From assembly GCA_964016885.1 (NCBI GenBank), contig OZ024741.1, forward strand, positions 412,238,001 through 412,302,000: a stretch of DNA of 64,000 bases, written 5' to 3'. The notes beneath the pieces were generated by a model, which worked only from the letters and a program-made list of their open reading frames with translations, searched no databases and was not told the DNA's origin. The DNA comes from Eledone cirrhosa (taxonomy: Eukaryota). This document shows positions 29,938 through 40,972 of this stretch, piece by piece; the stretch's first letter is position 1; every line of letters begins with the position of its first letter. The position numbers and the translations under genes are program-made.

Positions 29938-30088
29938 CAGATCTGTCAAGTCTCCCTGTCCGATGGTGAGATCTGCCACCCACTTTGGAAAATGGGTTTA
30001 GTTTTCATTATGTAAAATGTCCCAATTTTGCCTTATTTATTTTTTCAAGGGTAATCTTTGCTTGTGCTTTTAGAGGTTGTCAGGTCTG
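29938..30088. mobile_element. Small MITE-like element in a (TA)n site
   Basis: Termini ATCAGATCTGTCAA and TTGTCAGGTCTGAT (reverse complement ATCAGACCTGACAA, 12/14 match), with (TA)n on both sides. Confidence 0.4.
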
Positions 30089-30315
30089 ATATATATATAT
30101 ACAGATATAGTGGTAAAAAACTGGGAGGTTATACCTGTAATAAGTGGATCACTCAGTCCAGAGGACGAGTTGGGTATAGAGTTAGTTCCACAACAAATTA
30201 GCAAACCATACTCAAGGACACGTGTTTCACCGAGTGGGTTTTCAAACCAGTGTATGGCTGTGCTGAGAACATACACAGATTGAAAATTTGCTAGGGGAAA
30301 CATGCATCCTCAAGA

Positions 30316-30323
30316 ACTCTCTT

Positions 30324-30385
<62 letters not shown>
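30316..30385. repeat. Compound (CT)n-(TA)n microsatellite
   Basis: Read directly from the sequence. Confidence 0.9.
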
Positions 30386-30388
<3 letters not shown>

Positions 30389-30715
30389 GAATATAAAATT
30401 TCCTTCGCTAAAAATTGCGAAACAGCCACCAAAGCTGTCTGGGTGTTCTGGCAGTTGCCCAAAATAGGTTTGTTTAACTATTTCTTGATTTATTACTTTA
30501 AATTGAGTCTGGCAAACCATATTGTTATAGTTAGTATTTTTTTCACTTGGTCCCTTACAATTTGAACACATATATGTTTATATCTGTGTTTATCTCTCTT
30601 TTATATTCAATCATATTACACGGCTCAGAAACACTTCTTTCTTTGAGCTATTTAATTGTAAGAGACTATATTGAGTTTCTAACTCAATATATACCTTTGA
30701 TATATATATATATAT

Positions 30716-30932
30716 AACTGGGTAAAGAAATGCCACAAAATTCCAGTGGAAGGAAGGCACAGTAGAGGAAGACCAAGAATGTCCCAGGCAGAGGTTGTGC
30801 AAGCTGAGCCCAAATCACTGAGACTCACAGTGGAGATGACAAAGGAATGTGACAAGTGGAGAGATGCAGTACTGAGGACCCGTCCAACCCATGCAACTGT
30901 TGAAAAATGGACGTAAAAACGGTGATGATGAT
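30716..30932 (+). mobile_element. 5'-truncated RTE-clade LINE 3' fragment (short-3'UTR subfamily)
   Basis: Encodes WVKKC..I.VEGRHSRGRP, homologous to the RTE C-terminus; ends ACCCATGC...GGACGTAAAAACGGTGATGATG next to (TA)n; similar to 36627-36863. Confidence 0.8.
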
Positions 30933-30944
30933 ATATATATATAT

Positions 30945-31609
30945 AAAATTGCAAGTCTGAAGAACTATTAGATAAAATATATACAGTATTTCCTCTCCTA
31001 GTCCGTATAAATCAACCACATAAAAGAATCATTTAAATGAGGCTATAAGTTTAAAATGTAATTATGAAAAAATAATAGACAAATGATACAGACTATCTTC
31101 CGCGATGTACAGCCATATGACATTTATCTAATTATTTCTTTTAGCCTGTAGAAATTGACTAGACAAATAATTAACTACACGGAGTTAGGTACAAATTAGA
31201 AGTTTGAAGAAAGAATGCATATAAACCTTACCAAAATTCCTCTAGTCCCGACCACCGGTAGTTTCGTTCCACTTTTTGGATACATCCGATCATCGATCTA
31301 TCCACAAGGCTTGGAACTCATCAGGAGATACCTCAGACTGGACTAAGTTTTTTCCACCATGATCCCCGCCAGAAATGAATTCAAAATGGCTAAGAACTAT
31401 CACGTGGCTAGTGGTCAAGGCAGAAAATTTGTGATTGGTTTCCAGTCAGCGAGTAGGCTACTTGCTAGAAAGTTTTACTCAACCTTACGGGAGTATATAT
31501 TAAATTCAAAGGGATACATGTATATAATTAGACATAGTCACAGATACATATATGAGTTTGGCAACCTTTCACGGTGTGGCTCAATGAAGAATTAATTAAG
31601 CAAATAATC
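30945..31609 (-). mobile_element. Non-coding hammerhead-containing retroelement, copy A (Penelope pLTR-like / retrozyme-like)
   Basis: Colinear similarity to 37556-38159 (shared blocks ATTAGATAAAATATATAC, AAAATGGCTAAGAA, GCGAGTAGGCT...TTGCTAGAAAG, GGCTCAATGAAGAATTAAT); contains a hammerhead; bounded by (TA)n. Confidence 0.7.
31246..31328 (-). ncRNA. Type I hammerhead ribozyme, intact core
   Basis: Minus strand: UCUC-CUGAUGA-GUUCCA...(extended stem II)...UGGAAC-GAAAC-UACCGGUG-GUC|GGGA. All core nucleotides are present, stem II is 6/6 bp, stem III is near-palindromic, and cleavage is predicted between 31250 and 31249. Confidence 0.85.
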
Positions 31610-31796
31610 TATATATATCATCATCATCATCATCATATGATGATATATATATATCATCAGATATATATATATCATCATATACCACCAGTGCTTTGAGAAA
31701 ACACATACTTTGGGACTGGGCTATGAAAAGATCGAAATAACAGAGGTAAACTTTGTTCCATCATTACGTTTTTCTGTTTTTTCTGTTCAAATTCTA

Positions 31797-31855
31797 GCTG
31801 TCTGATGAGGTCATAGCTGTTGAATAATGGTTCTCACCAAAATATATATGACAGC
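31797..31855 (+). ncRNA. Degenerate type I hammerhead remnant
   Basis: GCUGU-CUGAUGA-GGU...ACC-AAAAUAUAUAUG-ACAGC. Stem I (GCUGU/ACAGC) and the stem II base pair, but the GAAA box and cleavage triplet are mutated. Confidence 0.4.
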
Positions 31856-32703
31856 GACTATGAAAAAACGAAGTTAATTTTAACCTGTTGACTTACACTT
31901 CTTGTTTTTATATATATATATATCATCATCATCATCATTTTACTATATATATATAGGATGGATTCAGTTTGAAACTAGTTAGACCATTACTCGCCAGAGT
32001 ACTTGATTATTGGGGTAGTAGAGTATAATATATATAGAGAGAACGTTTGACGTTCTGAGGGGTTAGTATGTAGTTTATTCCCATTTTTCTTCTGTTTCTG
32101 AAACAGGGGACAACATTTACATAGACATGGCCATATTCTGGAGTTATATTATATCCAATCCAGGGTCTTTTCACTCCTGTTGGAGGAACTCCTCTTCTGG
32201 TTGACCTCCACCACCTTCCTATTGGTTTTGGGCATCTCTTCAGGGGTGTAACTGTAATCACATTGTTTGGCCAATTGTGGGTTGGTGAGGGTATTTAACC
32301 CATATTTGGGTTGGATGGCCGCTGACTCTGAGGAGTTTGTCTGCCCTTTTAACAGCTCTTGTTTTTTGTGCTGCTGGGGTTCCACTTATCCCCCTCACCA
32401 GACCAAGGGGAGCCGGTTTAGTCATCGACCACTCAACCATGAAGCAGGTTGGGTTACATGGTACCTGTAGCAGGCAGAAGCCTCATCTGACAAATATATA
32501 TATATATGTTTGTGTGTATATATAACAATATAATATATTCACATATTTCATTAGTTTCAGAAACAGGAGACATAATATTTACATAGACATGGCTTTTCTG
32601 GGGTCATATTATACACAAGGATGTACGTTTTCTCATTTTTTTTAGCTTCAGAAACAGGGTGATAATATACTCAAATGGTATTATACTCAAAGAAGTACAG
32701 TAC

Positions 32704-32889
32704 CTGATACAAGGTAAGAACAATGACAGAGATGACATGGTTGTAACTGCAGGGATATAGCCACTGATACAGGTGTTGCTGTAGACTGTTAATGTAGGAG
32801 GTGAGGGGTCCAAGTTTAATTCCAAGCAGGCTCTTTTCTATACGCGAGGCCAGCACCATTCTGAAAGATTGGCAGAGGAACTGGGAAAT
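32704..32889 (-). CDS. Candidate internal coding exon of the same host gene (ISQFLCQSFRMVLASRIEKSLLGIKLGPLTSYINSLQQHLYQWLYPCSYNHVISVIVLTLYQ, phase 0/0)
   Basis: Strong polypyrimidine acceptor ctttatttttttctcaacAG|ATT and donor CAG|GTACTG; 186 nt = 62 codons, open; protein-like helical composition. Product not recognised. Confidence 0.6.
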
Positions 32890-33105
32890 CTGTTGAGAAA
32901 AAAATAAAGAAAACACAATCAGAGCAATTCTGTATAATTAAAAAAAAATAGAAGTGACTTCTACAGGACTAATACTGTTTCATTCAGTGATGAAATCATC
33001 AAGAAGAAGGAGAAATAGAGCAAGAAATGTATATAGAGACAATTAGTACATATATATATGTGTGTATAAATATATATATATATGTGTGTGTATATATATA
33101 TATAC

Positions 33106-33346
33106 TTATATAGAATTCACAAGAATCAAAGCTATGTTCAAAGCATTTATTCACTTACAATTGTTTCATCCAAACCTAGGCTTGGCATCTTCAGAGCATT
33201 TTTCAATGTTTGTACATATAATGTTTGTACATATATGTACAAACATTGAAATATGCTCCGAAGACTCCAAGCTTAGGTTTGGATGAAACAATTGTAAGTG
33301 AATAAATGCTTTGAACATAGCTTTGATTCTTGTGAATTCTATATAA
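33106..33346. mobile_element. ~240-bp near-perfect palindrome with a minimal hammerhead motif in each arm (Penelope-like inverted pLTR remnant)
   Basis: TTATATAGAATTCACAAGAATCAAAGC... mirrors ...GCTTTGATTCTTGTGAATTCTATATAA. The arms carry C(U/C)GAAGA-hairpin-GAAAC-AAUU-GUA followed by AATAAA at 33152-33198 (-) and 33254-33300 (+). Confidence 0.7.
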
Positions 33347-33427
33347 CTGCTCTGTAGAACAACTGATGTTATTACATTGAGCTATTTATCTTACTGGTAG
33401 TAATATATATACTTATATATATATATA

Positions 33428-35943
33428 CTTACTAGAAGACGGGACAAAGTGTCTGTTGTAAACACTAAATCCCTCCCCCATGAAGAATGCACCTCCCAAC
33501 ATAGCCTAGTAGTTAGTGACCTCATAGTCAGGAATAGACATACTCGACGACAGAGGAGGCCTACCTTGAGGAGAAGAATATGGAAGTTGAAGGACCCCAT
33601 AGCCAGTGACAAATTTAAAAGTTTATGACTTGATGCCTTTGACAATAAGGAAGAGCAATTAGAGATGTGCGATATAGAAGAACAGTGGCAATTCTTGAAA
33701 GTGAACCTGCTGAAAGCAATGGATGAAATCTGTGGCTGGAGCAGACCTATTGGCAGGAGGAGAGTAACTTGGTGGTGGAACAGTAAGGTGGAGGAGACAA
33801 TCAAGGCCAAAAAGCAGGCTTGGAAAGTATGGCAGAATGGGGGTAGTAGAGAGCACTATCAAGTGGCCAGGAGAGAAGCTAGGAGACAAGTGTACCTTGC
33901 AAAAAGGGAAGCAGAGAATAGAAAGTTCAAGCATGTTCTACAACGTGAAGACCAAAAATGTGAGGTGTTCAGGACTGCTAGACAATGTGTCAAGGAAAAC
34001 CATGATATTGTCGGGGAAAAGTGTGTCCGTAATGATAACGGTGTACTTGCCCTCACTGATACTGATAAGAAGATAGCTTGGAAGTGTCACTACGAGAGAC
34101 TATTAAATGAGGAGAATAAATGGGAAAAAGATAGTCTGCCCCAAATCAATCCAATAGAAGGACCAGCGGTGCAAGTTAAAGGTAGTATAATAAGTAAGGC
34201 AATCAAAGATATGAAGACAGGCAAGGCAGCTGGGCCTTCGGAGATAGTTGCTGAGATGTTGATGGCATCTGGAATAGTGGGACATACTATGTCACCCGTA
34301 TAGTTAACCAAGTAATACAGAATGGGGTCATACCAAAAGACTGGCGTAGCAGCATCATCATTAACTGCTACAAGGGTAAAGGGGATGCTCTAGATAGGGG
34401 AAACTATAGAGGCATTAAGTTAGTTGACGAGGTCATGAAGGTCACAGAAAGAGTTATAGCACAACTAATCAGAGAGCGAATTGATCTAGATGAAATGCAG
34501 TTTCGGTTTGTGTCAGGTAAAAGTACCACAGACGCTCTTTTCCTTGTACGACAACTACAGGAGAAGTACCTAGCTAAAAGTAAACCCCTCTACTTAGCTT
34601 TTGTAGACCTGGAGAAAGCCTTTGACAGAGTCCCCCGCTCCATTATCTGGGGGGCTCTTAGAAAACTAGGTGTAGATGAATGGCTTGTGAGAGCTATACA
34701 AGCTATGTATAAAGAAACAGTCAGTAAGGTTAGAATTAACAATGAATATTGTGAAGAATTTAGTGTAAAAGTTGGTGTTCATCAAGGCTCTGTTCTTAGC
34801 CCTCTCCTATTTATTATTGCCCTTCAGGCTATAACAGAGGAGTTTAAGACCGGCTGCCCAAGGGAACTCCTATACGCAGATGATCTAATGCTCATAACTG
34901 AATCAATGGCTGAACTAGAGAAGAAATTCCAATCATGGAAGCATGGCCTAGAATCAAAAGGCCTTAACGTTAACTTGTCTTGTCTAAGACTAAAGTTCTA
35001 GTTTGTAGAAAGGAAGATAGGGCACAGGTACCCTCAGGGAAATGGCCATGCTCAGTGTGTAGGAAAGGAGTAGGCAGAAATTCCATTTTATGTCCCAAAT
35101 GCAAAGTATGGATACATAAAAGATGTAGTGGGATCACAGGTAAACTATCTAAGAACGTAGACTTTATATGTGGCCGATGCTCAGGTGCAATAAGTAGCAA
35201 GTGTCCACAGGATACTAGCTCCTTCTATTGCCCAGATGGTTCTATAGAAATAGTAGACACTTTGCGTTACCTGGGTGACAAAATCAGCAGTGGTGGAGGG
35301 TGTTCTGAAAGTACAGTAGCCAGAGTCAGAACGGGATGGAAAAAGTTCAGAGAGCTTATACCGCTGTTGGCCACAAAAGGTTTCTCTCTAAAAATGAAAG
35401 GCAGATTCTATGATGCCCATATACGAACAGCAATGCTACATGGCAGTGAGACATGGGCATTACGTGCAGAGGTCCTGCACAGACTGGAAAGTAACGAAGC
35501 ATGCATGCTCCGTTGGATGTGTAATAGTAATATACTTGAACGGCAAAGCATAAATGAACTAAGTGAGAAATTAGAGATAAGAGGGATCAGATGCTGTTTA
35601 CTTGAAAGAAGACTACGTTGGTATGGCCACGTGATGCGCATGAAAGACGACAGCTGTATAAAAAAGTGCAGGTAGTTACGAAGTAGGTAGACCCAGAAAA
35701 ACCTGGGATGATCTGATAAATTCCGACCTTACACACTTGCCAGTAAACAGTTACGAGTTCCCAGTCAACACTGTAAATGAAGTTGGTGTTAGGAAGGGCA
35801 TCCAGCCATAGAAAACCTGCCAGATAATCTTATACAAGCGAGACACGGTCACCCGACCAACCTTGCCTCAAGTGGGACAACTCCCAACTAACCCATGCTA
35901 GCGTGGAAGATGGACGTTAAACGAAGATGATGATGATGATGAT
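33428..35943 (+). mobile_element. Degenerate 5'-truncated RTE-clade LINE (end of APE domain, RT, PHD-like finger, 3'UTR, (GAT)n tail)
   Basis: ORF pieces 33665-34303, 34435-35001 (DLEKAFD, QGSVLSPLLF, YADD) and 34980-35675 are homologous to the intact 1039-aa ORF; frameshifts, stops and internal deletions near 35670-35745; tail GATGATGAT then (TA)n. Confidence 0.95.
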
Positions 35944-35985
35944 ATATATATATATAAATACATTATACACACATATATATATATA

Positions 35986-36331
35986 TACATATGAATGTAC
36001 GTATAGTATATTTGATAATATACTGTATGTTTATTTTAAAAGATTTTGAAGACCATTTGCTATGAATTTTAAAGTAGTGACTACATCACATACTTAGTCT
36101 CGGTAAACATAACTGGAATTCTATAAAAATCCAGCTTCTATAACTCTCGTCAGAAGCGAAGGGATATGTAGTCTTGACAACCACTTACAAGTAAGAAACG
36201 GTACTACTGTTGATTACTCCCCTTTGCTTTTGTCGAGATTAAGTATGTATGTGACGTAGTCACTACTTTAAAATGTTTTAAAATAAACATACAGTATATT
36301 ATCAACTATATTATATGTACATTCATATATA
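35986..36331. repeat. Long imperfect inverted repeat (~100-115-bp arms, ~130-bp spacer)
   Basis: ATGAATGTAC...TTGATAATATACTGTATGTTTATTTTAAAA...TTTTAAAGTAGTGACTAC is mirrored by GTAGTCACTACTTTAAAA...TTTTAAAATAAACATACAGTATATTATCAA...GTACATTCAT. Confidence 0.85.
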
Positions 36332-36386
36332 CATCGCTATTCCACAGCACTAATACTAATATATATATATATATACATACATATAT

Positions 36387-36533
36387 TTATTTCTGAAGAC
36401 GGCGTATATGTGTGTTTGGTATGTATATTTAATCTTGATAGTTTGTATAATTTTGTATAATTTTGTACATAGATCTATTGAATATGCATGCCAATTCTAA
36501 CACATATATATCCTAGAAACGATCGTTAAATAA
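36387..36533 (+). ncRNA. Type I hammerhead-like motif with very long stem II
   Basis: UUAUUU-CUGAAGA-...UAUAUGUGUGUU...AACACAUAUAUA...-GAAAC-GAUC-GUU|AAAUAA. Stem I is 6/6 and stem III is the palindrome AACGAUCGUU; the base of stem II is mispaired. Confidence 0.55.
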
Positions 36534-36626
36534 TGAACTTTTTTTGTTTAATATAAGGAACTGTTTCATTGTTTTATTCATTATTTGTTTAATATTTTAT
36601 ATATATACATACATATATATATATAT

Positions 36627-36862
36627 GCAGGAGAGAAGACTGAGATGGTATGGACATGTGATGCGCATGGAGGATGACTGCTGGGTAAAGAAGTGCCAAG
36701 ACATTGCAGTAGAAGGAAGACACAGTAGAGGAAGACCACAAAAAACATGGGCGGAGGTGGTAAGAGCAGAGCTCAGATCGCTGAAACTCACGGAGGAGAT
36801 GAGGAAGGACTGTGACAAGTGGAGAGATGCAAGCAGGGAAAAGAAGACGTAAAATGATGATG

Positions 36863-36863
<1 letters not shown>
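36627..36863 (+). mobile_element. 5'-truncated RTE-clade LINE 3' fragment (short-3'UTR subfamily)
   Basis: Encodes QERRLRWYGHVMRMEDDCWVKKC...GRPQKTW; ends GACGTAAAATGATGATGAT in (TA)n. Confidence 0.9.
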
Positions 36864-36892
<29 letters not shown>

Positions 36893-36894
<2 letters not shown>

Positions 36895-36945
36895 CATCAT
36901 CATCATCAACATCATTTTATGTCCGCTTTTCCCTGCTTGCAAGGG
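36893..36945 (-). mobile_element. Micro-insertion: extreme 3' end and (GAT)n tail of the same RTE subfamily
   Basis: Reverse complement GCAAGCAGGGAAAAGCGGACATAAAATGATG... matches the terminus at 36828-36863. Confidence 0.75.
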
Positions 36946-37555
36946 TATATATATATATATATATATATGTAAAAGTGTCTCATATTCCTAATTTGCCAAA
37001 AATCAATGTTCGATATTGGTGGTTGGCAGATTTTTTTACAGAGGTTGAAACCTAAATATTTTGGTCCATGTGATGGAAGTGTAAATATTCCCTACTCCTT
37101 TAATTTAACTGTAGGAATTCCTAAATTTCTTTGACAGTTATCCTCCTGTTTGTTCTATATGGGTGTTGCTTTCCTATAAATAAATCACTATGATGTGCTC
37201 CAGAGTGAATTCTCCACCCATGCTTCCGTTGAGCAGTTATATAGGAAGCAAGATCGGAAACTTGCGTTGCCTTTTGTGTCTCTGGCATTAAATTCCTCAC
37301 TATACTGTAACATCATCATCATCATCATATACTGTATATATATATAGCAGCACGTCGTAGCATGTTTACCAAATCCAGATTTGTCTCTTGTTATATTCCT
37401 CCAAAGAAGAGATTTTATCTAGAAATATCAGGATAGATAAATAAGGAAACACACAACATCTTGTTTCATCTTATTTCCTTGTTCATCTATTCTGCATTGT
37501 TCTGGCCTTCAAACTTCACATTTCTCTCTCTCTCCCAAATATATATATATATATA

Positions 37556-38258
37556 TATATCATAAATCATGTCCTTAGAATGATTAGATAAAATATATAC
37601 CATTTCCTCTCCCAATTAGCATAATTAACCATATAAAAAAATCAATTAGACCAGGCTATAAGAATAAAGGCTCCTATGAAGAAATATTTGATAAATAACC
37701 AAAAGCGGCCTCTTCGCGGTGACCCCAAATAGAGTATTTACCCAATATTTCAACAGCATGTAGAAACCAACTAAATATACCGTCAACCAACCATGGTTTC
37801 GTCCGTATTTTTAGATATCCTACTATTAAGGATGAACCTAGAGTAACAGACTCATCAGGAGACAAACTCAGTCGGACAGTTAATTTTCCAAAGCGATCGC
37901 GCCAAAAATAGATTAAAAAATGGCTAAGAATTGTGACATGGCAGTGGTCAAGTTAGAAAGAATGTGATTAGTTGCTTACGGCGAGTAGGCTGGTTGCTAG
38001 AAAGCGCAGCCCAATATCGCCCAATTGCACCTCAACCCAATGGGAGATTATTAAATATAAAGATTTACATATACATAAAGTCAAGATATATATGTGTGGC
38101 AACCGGTCACGTTGAGGCTCAATGAAGAATTAATAAATTAAATAATCAGAGCAATATATCATAAATCATGTCCTTAGAATCATTAGGTAAAATATATACC
38201 ATTTCCTCTCTCAATTAGCATAATTAACCATATAAAAGATCAATTAGACCAGGCTATA
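37556..38258 (-). mobile_element. Non-coding hammerhead-containing retroelement, copy B: one 599-bp unit plus a ~100-bp partial tandem repeat
   Basis: CATAAATCATGTCCTTAGAA...CCAGGCTATA occurs at 37561-37660 and again at 38160-38258; homologous to 30945-31609; (TA)n on both flanks. Confidence 0.75.
37782..37864 (-). ncRNA. Type I hammerhead ribozyme (copy B)
   Basis: Minus strand: UGUCUC-CUGAUGA-GUCUGU...ACGGAC-GAAAC-CAUG-GUU|GGUUGACG. The core is intact, stem III is the palindrome AACCAUGGUU, and stem I forms only with a 2-nt bulge. Confidence 0.75.
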
Positions 38259-38269
38259 TATATATATGT

Positions 38270-38318
38270 ATCATCATCATCATCATCATCATTTTACGTC
38301 CGCTTTTCCCTGCTTGCA
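38270..38318 (-). mobile_element. Micro-insertion: RTE 3' terminus and (GAT)n tail
   Basis: (ATC)n-ATTTTACGTCCGCTTTTCCCTGCTTGC, the same terminus as 36893-36945. Confidence 0.75.
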
Positions 38319-38329
38319 TATATATATAT

Positions 38330-39659
38330 ATCATCATCATCATCATCTTCGTTTAACGTCCATTTTCCATGTTAGCATGGGTTAGACGGGAGTTGTCCCA
38401 GTTGAGGCAAGGTTGGTCGGGTGACTGTGTCTCGCTCATATAGGACTATCTGGCAGGTTTTCTATGGCTGGATGCCCTTCCTAACACCAACCATATTTAC
38501 AGAGTGGACTGGGAGCTTTTTAACCTTGTCTCCTACACTACCACATTACAGCGTGGACTGTGTGTTTTTTTTGTTGTGACACCTACACGATCTCGATCTC
38601 ATTATCTCGTGCTGTTGGTGGGAGTGGGAGGATAGGGTAGGGGTAGTGGATTGGGGTGTATATTTGGTTAAGAGGTGCCTACTGGCTGTAGGTTTCGCTT
38701 TGTACATAGGCAAGGCGGATCTTCTGTATTACTGCGTGGCACCAAAGATCTCGGTCCAGTAACATTGCCTTAGAGAGGTGTAAGTGTGTGAGGTCGGAAT
38801 TTATCAGATCATCCCAGGTTTTTCTGGGTCTACCTACTCCGTAACTACCTTCAATTTTGATCGCCCTGCACTTTTTTATGCAGCTGTCGTCTGTCATGCG
38901 CATCACATGACCATACCAACGTAGTCTTCTCTCAAGTAAACAGCATCTGATCCCTCTTATTCCTAATTTCTCACTTAGTTCATATATGCTTTGCCGTTCA
39001 CGTATATTACTATTACACATCCAACAGAGTATGCATGCTTCGTTCCTTTCCAGTCTGCGTAGATCCTCTGCACGTAATGCCCATGTCTCACTGCCATGTA
39101 GCATTTCTGTTCATAATCAGGCATCATAAATCTGCCTTTCATTTTTAGAGAGAAACCTTTAGTGGCCAACAGCGGTATAAGCTCTCTGAACTTTTTCCAT
39201 CCCGTTCTGACTCTGGCTACTGTACTTTTAGAACACCCTCCACCACTGCTGATTTTGTCACCCAGGTAACGGAAGCTGTCCACTATTTCTATAGAGCCAT
39301 CTGGGCAATAGAAGGAGCTTGTATCCTGTGGACACTTGCTACTTATTGCACCTGAGCATTGGCCACATATAGAGTCTATGTTCTTAGATAGTTTAACTGT
39401 GATCCCACTACATCTTTTATGTACCCATACTTTGCATTTGGGACTTAAAATGGAATTTCTGCCTACTCCTTTCCTACACATTGAGCATGGCCATTTCCCT
39501 GAGGGCACCTGTGCTCTATCTTCCTTTCTACAAACTAGAACTTTAGTCTTAGACAAGTTACCTTTAAGGCCTTTTGATTCTAGGCCATGCTTCCATGATT
39601 GGAATTTCTTCTCTAGTTCAGCCATTGATTCAGCTATGAGCGTTAGATCATCTGCGTAT
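38330..39659 (-). mobile_element. 5'-truncated, frameshifted RTE-clade LINE (from YADD to tail)
   Basis: ORFs 38975-39625 and 38679-39104 are homologous to the RT C-terminus/PHD region; (ATC)n tail at 38330; closely similar to the + strand copy at 33428-35943. Confidence 0.95.
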
Positions 39660-39667
39660 ATATATAT

Positions 39668-40971
<1,304 letters not shown>

Positions 40972-40972
<1 letters not shown>

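Noticed and set aside
32149-32470. Short overlapping ORFs on both strands
   Set aside because: No homology recognised and no consistent splice signals that keep frame with the two candidate exons.
36088-36158. Hammerhead on the minus strand (CUGACGA...GAGAC)
   Set aside because: The GAAA box is mutated and stem I does not pair; too decayed to call as a feature.
37100-37305. Possible further minus-strand exon or old retroelement fragment (ttacAG|TATAGTGAGG...)
   Set aside because: No convincing polypyrimidine tract, donor or recognisable protein motif.
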